Part shown: positions 51,301 to 62,373 of the stretch, piece after piece
Numbering within the stretch: the first letter of the stretch is position 1
Layout: each line of letters opens with the position of its first letter
Assembly: GCA_043228905.1 (NCBI GenBank)
Contig: JBHGNT010000012.1
Location: 1,178,001 to 1,242,000 of the forward strand
Reading direction: 5' to 3'
Length of the DNA: 64,000 nt
Origin: Azolla caroliniana
Taxonomy: Eukaryota > Plantae > Polypodiophyta
Position numbers and translations under genes: made by a program
Notes under the pieces: model-generated
Told to the model about the DNA's origin: nothing
The model's database searches: none
The model's input: the letters and a program-made list of their open reading frames with translations, nothing else

Positions 51301-52696
51301 TCATAAGTTGAGTGAGTTTGCCAAGGTCTTCTGGTATATGGCCGCTCAAGTAGTTCACTTCTAAGTATCAGTTGGATAATAAAAAATTGCTTTGTTAGTG
51401 ATATGTAATTCATTCAGCATTCAGGCTATATATATCATCCAGAATTAACACAATTATAGCAAAATTTTCATCTTTATTCACTCATGTGACAGATTTACCT
51501 TACCATTGATCACAGGTCAGTAATTTCATTAAGATGAGCGATCAGAGACCCAACATACTAAGACCCTCGGTTAGTATGATTTATTTATTTCTGAAGACAC
51601 CAACCAAACTCACCATAGCCATTTATATAGAAGGATTGGTTACTTCTTTTTTTATTTCAAATAATGGCATAACCAAACGTAACCGCAATACATGCTCCTC
51701 AGTATCGAAATTAATACTTCCAAGATAAGAAATGAAAAGAGAAGAAGCTTGAAAACTCACAGGCATTTTTAATTTGAAACAGTTTCTAAGCTCGGCTGGT
51801 ATGGGACCAAAGAGACTGTTATGATGTAGCCCTCTGTTATACCAAAGAAGTGATATCATCAGATAATTGAAGTTTTTTCTAAAAAAACGCTATCACAGAT
51901 GGAGATCCTTTTCTTCAGTACTAGAAAACATTAAAATCATGAGGAAATTTAAGATTCATACAATCATCGCAGTTCTGTAAGATTCCCCAGTGATGGTGAT
52001 ATCCGACGTGACAGCCTTTCGAATGGTAAATTCCTAATATACGAGAATTTCATCATAGTAAAGGAATGGTAAGTTCATCAATGTCTTGGTATCGAGAGTA
52101 CCGTAAAACTTGTTTGCATGTTGAAGATTTTGAGCAATTTCTTACAAATGAACAACACGTTTCGTGGTGAGAGGGTCACAAGAAACCCCTGGCCAGTTGC
52201 AGGGGTCTTCATCCTCTTCTCTCCACGAGGGAAGCACAAGATTTTGCATTTTGCATACCCATTTTGAACAGAAAAACAGAAAAACAGAAATTTATGACAA
52301 TAAACGAAATAAGTAGAAAGCCGAAAAATTCAAGAGAAAATATGTGCTTGAAACAGAAACGTATTCCTTCTTCTTCTTCTTCTTTTCTTTTTGGGGATGT
52401 CATTTGTGGGATGCTTCAATTATTTAACATTTTTATACTTCTATTAAGAATCAAAAATTTTCATTCAAAAACTGAATCGATAATTGGAAACACGAATTTT
52501 AATTTTATTTCCGAGACGAAGAAGTGGGTACAAAGATACTCCAAAGATTGACATTTTTTATACACGTTATATGTATATAGATATATTTTTTCATTTATTT
52601 AGCAGGATAAAAAAAAAATTACATACCATCTGAGCTCAAAGCATCGACATGACCTCTGGATGAGAGGAAGACGAAGAAGAAATTTGATTCCTCCAT
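48312..52696 (-). pseudogene. FEI1: FEI1/FEI2-like LRR receptor kinase, multi-exon, disrupted
   Basis: Signal exon ...DALSSD|[19 protein letters not shown], short LRR exons, [51 protein letters not shown]|[18 protein letters not shown]...[18 protein letters not shown], end SDFYKSNSD*. Lesions: TGA at 51964-51966, internal kinase deletion near 49150, frameshifts near 49070 and 48345. Confidence 0.85.
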
Positions 52697-54019
52697 CTTG
52701 AATAATCACATTAAAAAAAAAGCTATTGGGCTCTTATCAACATTGTATTAATGAAAATCTGCAAACAAAATAGGCAGAGAAGAATCAGCTGTTAGTAAGG
52801 CTCTAAATTAGGAGGAAATACATAGATAAAGAAAGGAACCAAGAGAAATTAACACCAACAAAAAAGAAGAAGAAGAAGAAGGAATCAACGCAGAATTATG
52901 ACAGAACCCATGTAGGAAGAAGAACATGAGAAGAAAAAGAGGGTTAGAATGAATCACAGTTTCTTTTCTTAATGGTGGGAGGCTTAATAGGAAGTGCCAT
53001 TGTTTCTGCAGAAGGAAGAATTGGCATGTTTCCTTAATAGGAAGTGCCATGTTTCCTTTCTAAGCCACAAGAAAACTTAAAAGAATTCCTACTCCTCCAC
53101 TCTTCTTCTGTCTTCTGTCTTCTGTCTTCTTCCTCTACTTTCAAAAATACCATTAAAAACTCTCTCTATCTCTATCAGATTTTACCGGCACATACAGGCA
53201 TTTACTATGCAGTTTATTGATTGATTTGTCAATTGCATTTTTAACAAGTTCCGGGGGACCAGACGGAAAATCGCATTTTGTTTACCCCAAAAACCCCACA
53301 TTGATTGGCATCAACATAATAATAATGGGTATATGAAGAAGCTAGCATGTTACGGAAACATGGCGAGCAAGAGATTCGCAAAGCGCCTGTATATATGTAT
53401 ATGGTTTGTGCTTTTGGCACGAAACCTTTGCGGATTGAACCACCCCCACAAGATGATATCGATGCCTCATATCAAGTGTAGAGGTAGATTGGGAACCTCA
53501 ATGTCATGTACAAATCCACAAAAGGAATCTCATAAATCGATCATATTGGAAGCCATAATTCTGAAGAAAAGAGGGCATCGGATACGTCTTTTCGGTATGT
53601 ATTAGGTGGTTTATCAATTTCTGGTTGATTGTGAATAGTGGGAACTATCTAAAGAGCCCAAGTTCGTAACCATGCGAAATAGAAAATGGGAAAAGAACCT
53701 TGAATACTTGCACCCACCGTTTCGACTACTTGATCACACTTCCTTCAACCCAATTGCTTTTTGCAAGCGTCATGCATGATTATAACTTTTTTTATACTCA
53801 TTAGTCAAAGAGGCATCAGTGAAAAACTTAGAGTAGTTGTGTTTCTTATTTAAAAAATGCATAAGTTGCCTATACGTTCTTCAATCTCATGCTAACGAGA
53901 TTGATGGTGCATAACAAGATTACGACATTACTAAGGACAACAATAGGTTGCCATCATCATTGACTACATGCCCAATAGTATAATTGCCTTATCATTGCAT
54001 AAATTTGAATATGAAATAA

Positions 54020-54632
54020 ATATGCTCTAGATCCGGAAATCTCCGGGGGGCCCTTCTCTCTCTGAGAGGATATCTGCGTCCTTGGGCTTCGGTAACCGGC
54101 TCCTTCATTTGCTCTTCATCCAAATCCGATTCGGGGTCTTGTCCGGTTTCTGTTTCACCTATTCCTTCTTCTTCGGTCGGTTTTGTCTCCTCACCGTCAC
54201 CGGCTGGTTCATCGAGTGCTAACCGGCTTCTTGCCGGTTGGAACTGCATTTCATCGAATCAAAATTTTTCCTTACCGGTCGACTCGGAGTTCATTATCTT
54301 CTTCTCCGACTCCCAGTTGGCGAGCGTCTTGTCCTCCATGAAGATAATATCTCGACTCTGGAATACTTTCTGGTCGACTGGGTCCCACACTCGGTAGCCG
54401 AACTCATCGTCGCCGTAACCGAGGAATATGCATGGCCGGGTCTTCGGATCTAACTTTCCTCTCCGGTCCTTAGTTACATGCACGTACACAAGACACCTGA
54501 ATACCTTCAAATGCCGGTAGGACACTTCCTTACCGCTCCAAACTCTCTGCGGCGTGTCTCTGTCCAAGGGTACTAAGGGTGATCTGTTTATCACATATGT
54601 CATCGTTGATAGTGCCTCAGTCCAAAACGTCT
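54020..54632 (-). mobile_element. Copia integrase fragment, same family as the 13031-18471 element
   Basis: TFWTEALSTMTYVINRSP...GKLDPKTRPCIFLGYGDDEFGYRVWD, nearly matching ORF 14832-15248. Confidence 0.9.
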
Positions 54633-55634
54633 ACGACAGCAGCCTCGATAACCAGCACCGGGCAACACGGAAGTTTGAAAAGCGGTGGTTCGGGCCTTAC
54701 GTGGTAACGAGCTTCAACGACAACGGGACGTATCACCTGGCGGAACTCGACGGTACGAGGATGGCGATACCGGTAGCAGGGAAGCGGATCAAAGAGTTCA
54801 AGAAGCGCCACGACGGCGAACCGGATCTGAGAGGCCTGGACAGTGACGACGAACAGTCCGAAATAGAGGACGAACCGGTGGACGACGAACCGGAACCCGG
54901 ACCGGTTTTCTCCAACTAGAACCCAATTTTGGCGCACACCTGTGGATGCGCGGTTAGGTGGGGGCAGATGTCGTGAAGAAAACCGTCCCTTAGCGCAATC
55001 AGTGCATAGCGCGCGTGAACCAGCTCTTCACACGTGCGCGCCCTTTAATGTATATAGTAGAGAATTAGGTACAAAGGTATATCCTAGGTAGTTAGATTCG
55101 GTAGGTAGGAAGTTAATGAGGGAAACGGCTCCCCTCTTGAAGCTATAAAAGAGAGGGAGACGCGGGGAGACAGGATCGCGCGTTGAGGAGGACGAAGTGC
55201 TATCAGACCGTAACCGAACGCTTCTCCTCTGTTCATTCTCCATCGCTCTTCTCTGCAGGATTTCGGGAGGCTCGCGCTGCTTCGAGGAACGCCCGTGTGC
55301 TTCCGGCAACACCTCCATCCTATCCCCTTTCGTGCGCAGACGAGCAGGCATCGGCATCTGTTCGCCGGCCTGTTCGGTTGTAACCGCTCGCGTGCTCTGT
55401 TGTTTTGTGTCATTTGTTAATATACAAACATTCGTGTCTCTCTGTCTCTGTGTCCATTCGTGTTTTCTGCGTTGACGGGCCGTGTCCCTGTGTTTCTTTG
55501 CTCATACGTTACCGGTCGTCTCTCTCTTTCTCTTTCCCCTCCTATCACCTGCTCTTCGGTTCAAGACCCCGGTGGTCCCGCCTCGTTTCTCCACGCACGC
55601 ACGTAGTAACGCAACACCGGTCTGTCCGTCCACA
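54629..55634 (+). mobile_element. Ty3/Gypsy 3' fragment: integrase GPY tail, PPT and putative 3' LTR (54969-55634)
   Basis: RKFEKRWFGPYVVTSFNDNGTYHLAELDG; purine tract GGTGGGGGCAGA then TGT...ACA; GCTATAAAAG at ~55142. Confidence 0.8.
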
Positions 55635-56005
55635 TCTTCTCATATATTAATATATATTAAGACTACTAATTACAACAGTTCCCGAATAAACTATTCCTTT
55701 CACACTCTGGTTTGGACCTCCTTAAAACACCGGGACATTTGAAATAGGTAATATGTCGCATTTTAAGAACTATCCGTCAAAAAAAGACACAAAATAGGTC
55801 GATTGACAAAAAGGGGTGCCGCATGCATAAAGGATTTTCAAAAATGACCCAAAAATATATTGATTTTAAGCATGTCCAAAATTGTAGGTCTTTCAAAACA
55901 GGCCTAAATAATAGACATGCCAAACTTACAAAAGAATGTACAAAATGACTACCACCTATATTTATACATATTCGTTAACTGACATTTTGATGTACAATTC
56001 AATAT

Positions 56006-58756
56006 CTACAGAGCATGTGTCAAACTATCGCTTTCCAAGTCTATGCCATCATTTTCAGACCCATCCAATGAACTAGAAGAGCTTTGTGAGGTATCATCCT
56101 CATCATCATTGGCAACCAATGCATTGTCTTCATCCAATTGCAATCCAACATCACCATGGTTATGAGACATGCTTCTTGTTTGTCTTTGTGTAGTGGTTGG
56201 AGCCGCATTTGGGATCTTCTCTTTTAATATCTTGATTGTGGTCTGTCTTAGATGGCCTGTTTTGGTCAAGGAGAAGTCATACACTAGTATGTCAACATTA
56301 TCCAATGTAAGAACAGACGTGCTTGGTAGATTCTTTCTTCTTCGCTTTCTAGTTGTGCCTTCAACATCCTTAACCATCTCTAAAGAGTACTTTCCAGTGA
56401 ATGGATTTGGTGAAGAGGTGTGATACCAATGAACCACAATGGGCTTAACTTGATTGCCTGATTCATCCTTCATTATATCCAAAATTTTAGCAATCCAAAA
56501 TGGATGGCCCAACTCATCATCCCCAGCTAATGTTGCAACTAACATCCCAACTTGTAGTTCATGCAAACTGCCTTGCCATCTTGCCTCTGCAGTACGCGAT
56601 ATTCTTGGTCCCACATAAATATCTCTCTGTTGTGGGCGAACTAGATTATTGAGTTCAACATTACCAATTAATTGATGGTTAGCAGGTGAAACTATTGACG
56701 GCATACCAATGTTCCATGTGAAAGCATTTTGGATTGGCCATACTCCGGCAATGTAGTTGTTTAAAATTGTATGTTGATGGTTAAAGAAGGTATCCCACCA
56801 TTGAACATCTTGATCACCAGCATACTTCTTGGTGCGCTCAATATTTCTTTGTTTCTCTTCAAGGCATCGCATCCAATATATCTTTTTCTCATCAATTGAG
56901 TTGCTATGAACCATTTTTTTATGGTCATCATACGGCATTTGTTCTGCACCATGGATTTCTGTATTTGGAAAATGAAGTAAGAACCTACAACCCTCTTGTG
57001 GCTCCCATTGTGAACTAGATGAGTAATGTTTTGCATACAACATCGTCGTGTTGTGGATCATATCACTTCGTTTTATGAGGAAGACATGGTTAAAACTTAT
57101 ATTATTCAGAGGTGCAAGAACCCTACCTTGAGCCCCATCACCATCCATGCAAAAGCGTTTAAAATCATACACTTCATTCAACAGATGTACTTCGGGCTTC
57201 GGGGTATAAGCTTCACTGATCAACGTTGTTAGCGTAGGAAGCGTGAAAGCATCACATCGTGCTAATTTATTTGAGAACCTACTAAACATTTGATCTATAT
57301 GATCATGGGTATGACCAACTAGTAAGAAGTTAACCTTAATCTTCTTAAATAAACCCTTCTCTACTAGCATGCTTAAGTAACCGAAAACAGTCGAGTTTTT
57401 GTTTTCTCTGGCTGTATTGTCAAGTTGCACATATAGAACAGGCGGGAGTATACCTGGCCAAGACTGCAACACTCTTTGCATGACTGTAACTGTAAGATTA
57501 GGGTTGTTGTGGATATTAGGATAAGTTAAGAATACTTGAGGCCTTATTGTCTGACAATATGACAAGCAACCTACTAAATGCATTTGTACAAGGCATTCAT
57601 CTCCAATATCCTTTGGCAACCTTTGAAAGTGTGGCAAACAAGTCTTCTTCTGATCCATGCCATCAATAATCATACACATATACCTTTCAGGTGATTGGAG
57701 AGCTTTTCGTCAGTGGTGCATAGCTTTAGAACGTTCCAATGCTTGACTCTCACGGTGTTCTTTCAATAGATTCTTGTAATTCTTTATTTCATCATCTGAT
57801 TTCCCACCCTTTGCCATACTCTTTAAACTTGCACATATTGAACAAACACCCATTCGAACATTATTCGGTATAACCACATTGTTAAATTGTAACCTCCATA
57901 ATCGATTGAAATGTCGATACTGTATGTAAGGTACACCTTGTGACAACATGTCGTCTTTATATTCTTGATACACCTCACGACGAGTGAAATTATCAGACAA
58001 CTGCAATCTCCCAGTAGTAGGCATAATATCACATTGCTTTGATAAATATATCTCCATCCAATTAATAGAATGACGCCCTATACCCTTACTACCAGAGGAA
58101 TTCATATCAAAAGGTATAAACGATCCTTTACCAATCTTAGTTGTATTCTCTGAAGCCTCATGTTCCCAATGCTATGAGCAATTTTTGAAAGCAACTCTAC
58201 AACACTTAGTCCTCAATGCAAGGTAATATTCAACGTGCGTTGAACTAGCTCCAGTAGCATGATCTCTTACAAGCTGCGTATGTGAAATAAGAAAAGTATC
58301 TTGTTCCTCACCATTAAGTGATAGATACTTCTCCCGCATTATTCGTAAGTTTGACTTTCCAAATTTATTAAGACATAGATTCCCACAACATGTCTTGCTC
58401 GAATCACAAACAATTTGACGATCAGAACATAAAAAGTTATATCTCTTTACACTAACTTGTCGAGGAACTCTTTTGAATGTGAGAGGCTTTGTTACACAAG
58501 CTTCGCCAGATGTGGTTTCATCCTTGTCAATGCTTGCACAACTTTTGCTATCTTGTATACCACTTTGTCCTGGCCTCTTGAAAGGGTCAATTGAGAAAAG
58601 TGAGTTTGAGTTATTACCAACATCACAACTAACATTTTCACCTGGACCCTTTGAAACACTTGGGACCTTGTACTCATCGACTGAGAAATATGAGTTACTC
58701 GATAAAGCATAAGGGTCCACTGAAAACAAGGATGATCTACTCGAAGCACAAGACAT
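56006..58756 (-). pseudogene. Sola-like DDD transposase, ~916 codons in one frame with 2 internal stops
   Basis: ORFs 58756-58172, 58105-57710 and 57679-56006 share one frame. N-terminal CCGNLC...CCRVAF; CSIC; IIDGMDQKKT, LYVQLDNTARENKN, FLLVGHTHDHIDQMFS; C-terminal VGMLV...PFWIAKI...VHWY; NLS-like RKRRRK; acidic tail. Confidence 0.8.
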
Positions 58757-59287
58757 CTTGAAGCCTAACTTAAATTAACACCTTTCTCTTGTTTAAGTAG
58801 AAGTTTAAGAATTTAAGATCTAGTCTACGAACATAAACCATATGAAGACATCTTGGGATAAAAGATAAGGTATATTGACATCATATTATTATTTAATATT
58901 GTAAATTTTTTATAATAAATTATTGTGTAATATTGTATTTTTTTAAGAGAAAATCTTTTTTTTTTAAATAATTATTTTATTTTCCAAAAAAACAATTTAA
59001 GTTAACTATATAAATAGAGATCTACCGCTCATTATCTCTTACACGTTTCAAGAGCTCAGAGCACTCTTTAGAAAAAGTCATCGTTTTCTGTGTTCATCAA
59101 CACATTGTCAACAACTAGTCTAACATGAAATCGAGCAAGACAGTTGGTAAGTAAGTCTTCTATTACCCAAATTTAAAGATTCCTAAAGATACCATAAAGA
59201 TTATTTTTTATTATCTATAAAATTGAGTGACTTTAATTATAATTAGTTTGGTGTATGTATAATTTCTTCAGTTTCTTGAGAGGATGT

Positions 59288-59625
59288 CCTCTCTAATTCG
59301 ATGCAGTGCATCAGATTAGAAAGTACTTCCTTGCTAACTCGATGAACTGCATCGGGGTAGATAGGAAATTAAGACAACACATACATAAGAATAAGAGGTT
59401 ATCGTCCCTAATCCGATGCACTACATTGGATTAGGGAGGATATGATATGACATCCTCTAAAATCCAATGGTTATCCTCCCCAATCCGATGCAATGCATCG
59501 GATTTCAGACGATGTCGTATCATATCCTCCCTAATCCAATGTAGTGCATCAGATTAGGGAGCATTGCATCAGATTCAGGAGAAGATGATCAGGAAACCTC
59601 TGAAATCTGATGCACTGCATCGTTG
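59288..59625. repeat. Array of palindromic AATCYGATGCA-N-TGCATCRGATT units with a nested 50-bp inverted repeat
   Basis: About six full or partial units. Arms 59405-59454 and 59511-59560 are reverse complements with 2 mismatches. Confidence 0.9.
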
Positions 59626-60292
59626 TTTTGTAGAAAGTTCCAAGATGGGATGGTTTTTAATCCAAACAATTTATTTATGCCATTGTGGGATGAGTTAAAG
59701 TAACTTGAGTTATCAAGTCTTAACAACACAAAGCGACTTTCCCATTAATACAAGTCTCACTTCACACACACACAAAAAAATTGAGTACAATCTTCCTAGG
59801 GCATGCCCCTTCCCCCCCCCCCCCCCCATACATGTATAATTGTATTTATACATGCATAAGACTAAAAGAATGAAGGCCCCATTTCTCTTGTCACATACAA
59901 CGATTAGCGTATAAAGGTTGTAGAACCTTGCAATAACTTTCTTCAACAAATAAGGGATATTACGATGATTTGATAGCATTGCCACATAACTCTAGATCAC
60001 ATCACATATAGATGACACCGATTGGTATTTGTAAACAAACCTGAACTTCGTAAAATGAGACCAACTTAGAGCTCTCAAAAACCGACTTCTCCATCATTGA
60101 AATTCATGTACAAAAGCAAATAAGCAAAGTAACGCAAAAATTCCCATGATGAATCCAAGATGCATGGCCATGCACACCAACCATAGCCAGGCATAAATCA
60201 CATACTTCCACAATAAATAATATCAATCTAAAAGTGCGAATTAAAACACTTGAACTTATTAAGAGGATCTCAACCTAAAAGTAGGGGCGACA

Positions 60293-60393
60293 CACAAGAT
60301 TGTAGTTAACCACGAAATGTGTTGTCTGTCGCCATGCATAATGATGGTTCTTATATCATTAAATACTAAGTGATGGTTAACTACAATCTTGTG
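60293..60393. repeat. Perfect 20-bp inverted repeat, 61-nt spacer
   Basis: CACAAGATTGTAGTTAACCA (60293-60312) / TGGTTAACTACAATCTTGTG (60374-60393). Confidence 0.92.
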
Positions 60394-60977
60394 CTATTAC
60401 TAGACTATGGGCTAAATTTCGTGAGAATGATGGTTGTCGTGCTTGGGGAAAAAGTAACTTGAACACATTCTATTGTTTGTGAGTGTTTATTGCTCAATGT
60501 GAGAGTACTTGGCACGATGCATCCACTAGGCAATGATGCAACCACTGAAATTTATGCCACATCATGATGGATTGATTGGTCAAACTATATTTGAAGATGA
60601 ATCAAGCACGAGGCACTTATAAGGGTCATGGTCAGTGTTGGGCAAAGTTTTTAACCCCTACCGGAAAATTTCCTGGTGCTTGTGATCCTAACTGGAAATT
60701 AAAAATTTTAACCGGCCACTTTCCTACAAGTGATAATGTCAACCGGAACATGTTAAAATTATTTTTTTACCACATACCAAATTTTTTTAGCACATGTATG
60801 ATGCAACAACCATATGTGCTTTAAGATGCCCCATGTACATATGCACATAGAGAGTCCACTAATCATCGTGGTGTTTAACTACTACCAAATATTAAAGAGG
60901 GCAAGTGAGGGAATCACGGAGAGGGACGGTGCAGGTCGCTAGATGAGGGCGCGTGCGATCTGCACCGTCCAATGTGG

Positions 60978-61295
60978 TTGTGGAAAAGGCGCGAAAAAGC
61001 GCGCCAATTAAAGAGGGAGCCCGTCTCACAGAAAAAGGAGCCCGTCTCATTAAAGAAGGGCTCCACTTTGTGAAAGGGAGCCCTTGTGGAAAAGGCGCGA
61101 AAAAGCGCACCAATTAAAGAGGGAGCCCGTCTCACAGAAAAAGGAGCCCGTCTCATTAAAGAAGGGCTCCACTTTGTGAAAGGGAGCCCTTGTGGAAAAG
61201 GCGTGAAAAAGCGCACCAATTAAAGAGGGAGCCCATCTCACAGAAAAAGGAGCCCGTCTCATTAAAGAAGGGCTCCACTTTGTGAAAGGGAGCCC
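60978..61295. repeat. 3 x 106-bp near-identical tandem repeat
   Basis: Units start at 60978, 61084 and 61190; each carries four A-tract+GGAGCCC/GGGCTCC motifs. Confidence 0.96.
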
Positions 61296-61316
61296 TTCTC
61301 GTTTCAATATGGGAAG

Positions 61317-61325
61317 TATAAAAAG
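61317..61325 (+). promoter_or_regulatory. Putative TATA box for the plus-strand zinc-finger/Ulp1 gene
   Basis: TATAAAAAG about 20 bp after the tandem array; a candidate first-exon donor AG|GTAGGT lies near 61513. Confidence 0.45.
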
Positions 61326-62373
61326 CCTTTTTCTGTCATTTTTTTCCTGTTTTCAAACAAGAAGCGTGAGGTTGAGGGTTTAGGGTTTTTGAGCGCGCCG
61401 CACCACCTGTTGTTTGGCAACACCTGTTGCAGACATCTTCCGTGAGGCACAACACCGCAGACATCTTCCGTGAGGCACAACACCGATTGTCCGCCAGCAC
61501 CTGCAGTCTAGAGGTAGGTATCATATTCCTTCTATTAGGTTTAGGGTTTTATTAGGTATCATATTCCTTCTATTAGGTTTAGGTTTTATCCCATGTCATA
61601 AAAACCATCAACCTAATATGGATGATTGCTTGAACCTAATATGATTTTATTCCTTCTATTGTGTCTTCAAGCAATCAACCATGGTTTTGAGTAGACATGG
61701 AATAAAAATAATACTTGTCTATGTGTATTCAAGCAATCATCATCCATATTAGGTTTGAATGTCATTATTTGAATGCTTGAATTTGCCCATGTGATTCATG
61801 CATTATTGGGCTTTTTTATGCCCATATTTAAAGGTCAAATCTCAAATCTTGTATACATTCTTTGCGATGGCTTGACCCCAAATAATAATAATGTAATGAA
61901 TGCCTTACTAAAAAAAGTTGTGTGCTATGTAAGTCTACGTAAGTATGTTTTAAGTTGGAAGTAAAACGTTGTGTCCATTATAGTATTCTAAATGATAAAT
62001 GATAAATTCCTGCTGAATGAAATTAGGATTCTCCATGAAGACCAACTATTTGTCATGAACTCATGAACTATGACTATGATTTAAATACGTATCATTATTA
62101 TGGCTATCTCCCTTAATTTAGAATGTGCCCTCTATGTATATATATTACAAAAACTAAAATAAAAACTGCAAGTAGCATTCATGAATTTTAAATTATTGAC
62201 ATTGATATGTTAGAATTTGTTAAGATTGATCTATTTTTTGAAATCATTGACAATTTTTGTCCATTTCAAAATCCTTAACACTAATGTATTGTGTAGAAAC
62301 AATAGGATAGACTCAAGTATTCTTGAATTTAAAGACAAACATATGGTAATGTTTTGGCATGTGTTTTGTATAG

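Noticed and set aside
53330-53960. Coding-like stretch upstream of the FEI pseudogene
   Set aside because: No recognisable motif in any frame; left unassigned.
55635-55680. Helitron 5' end (TCTTCTCATATATTAAT...) or CACTA-like end (GACTACTA)
   Set aside because: TCTTC may simply be the Gypsy flank; no matching 3' end or TIR is visible in the window.
59288-59625. CRISPR-like palindromic repeats
   Set aside because: Spacing is irregular, the units are degenerate, and the intervening sequences are themselves inverted copies.
60978-61295. CRISPR-like array
   Set aside because: The units are near-identical over their whole length with no unique spacers, there are no cas genes, and the context is eukaryotic.
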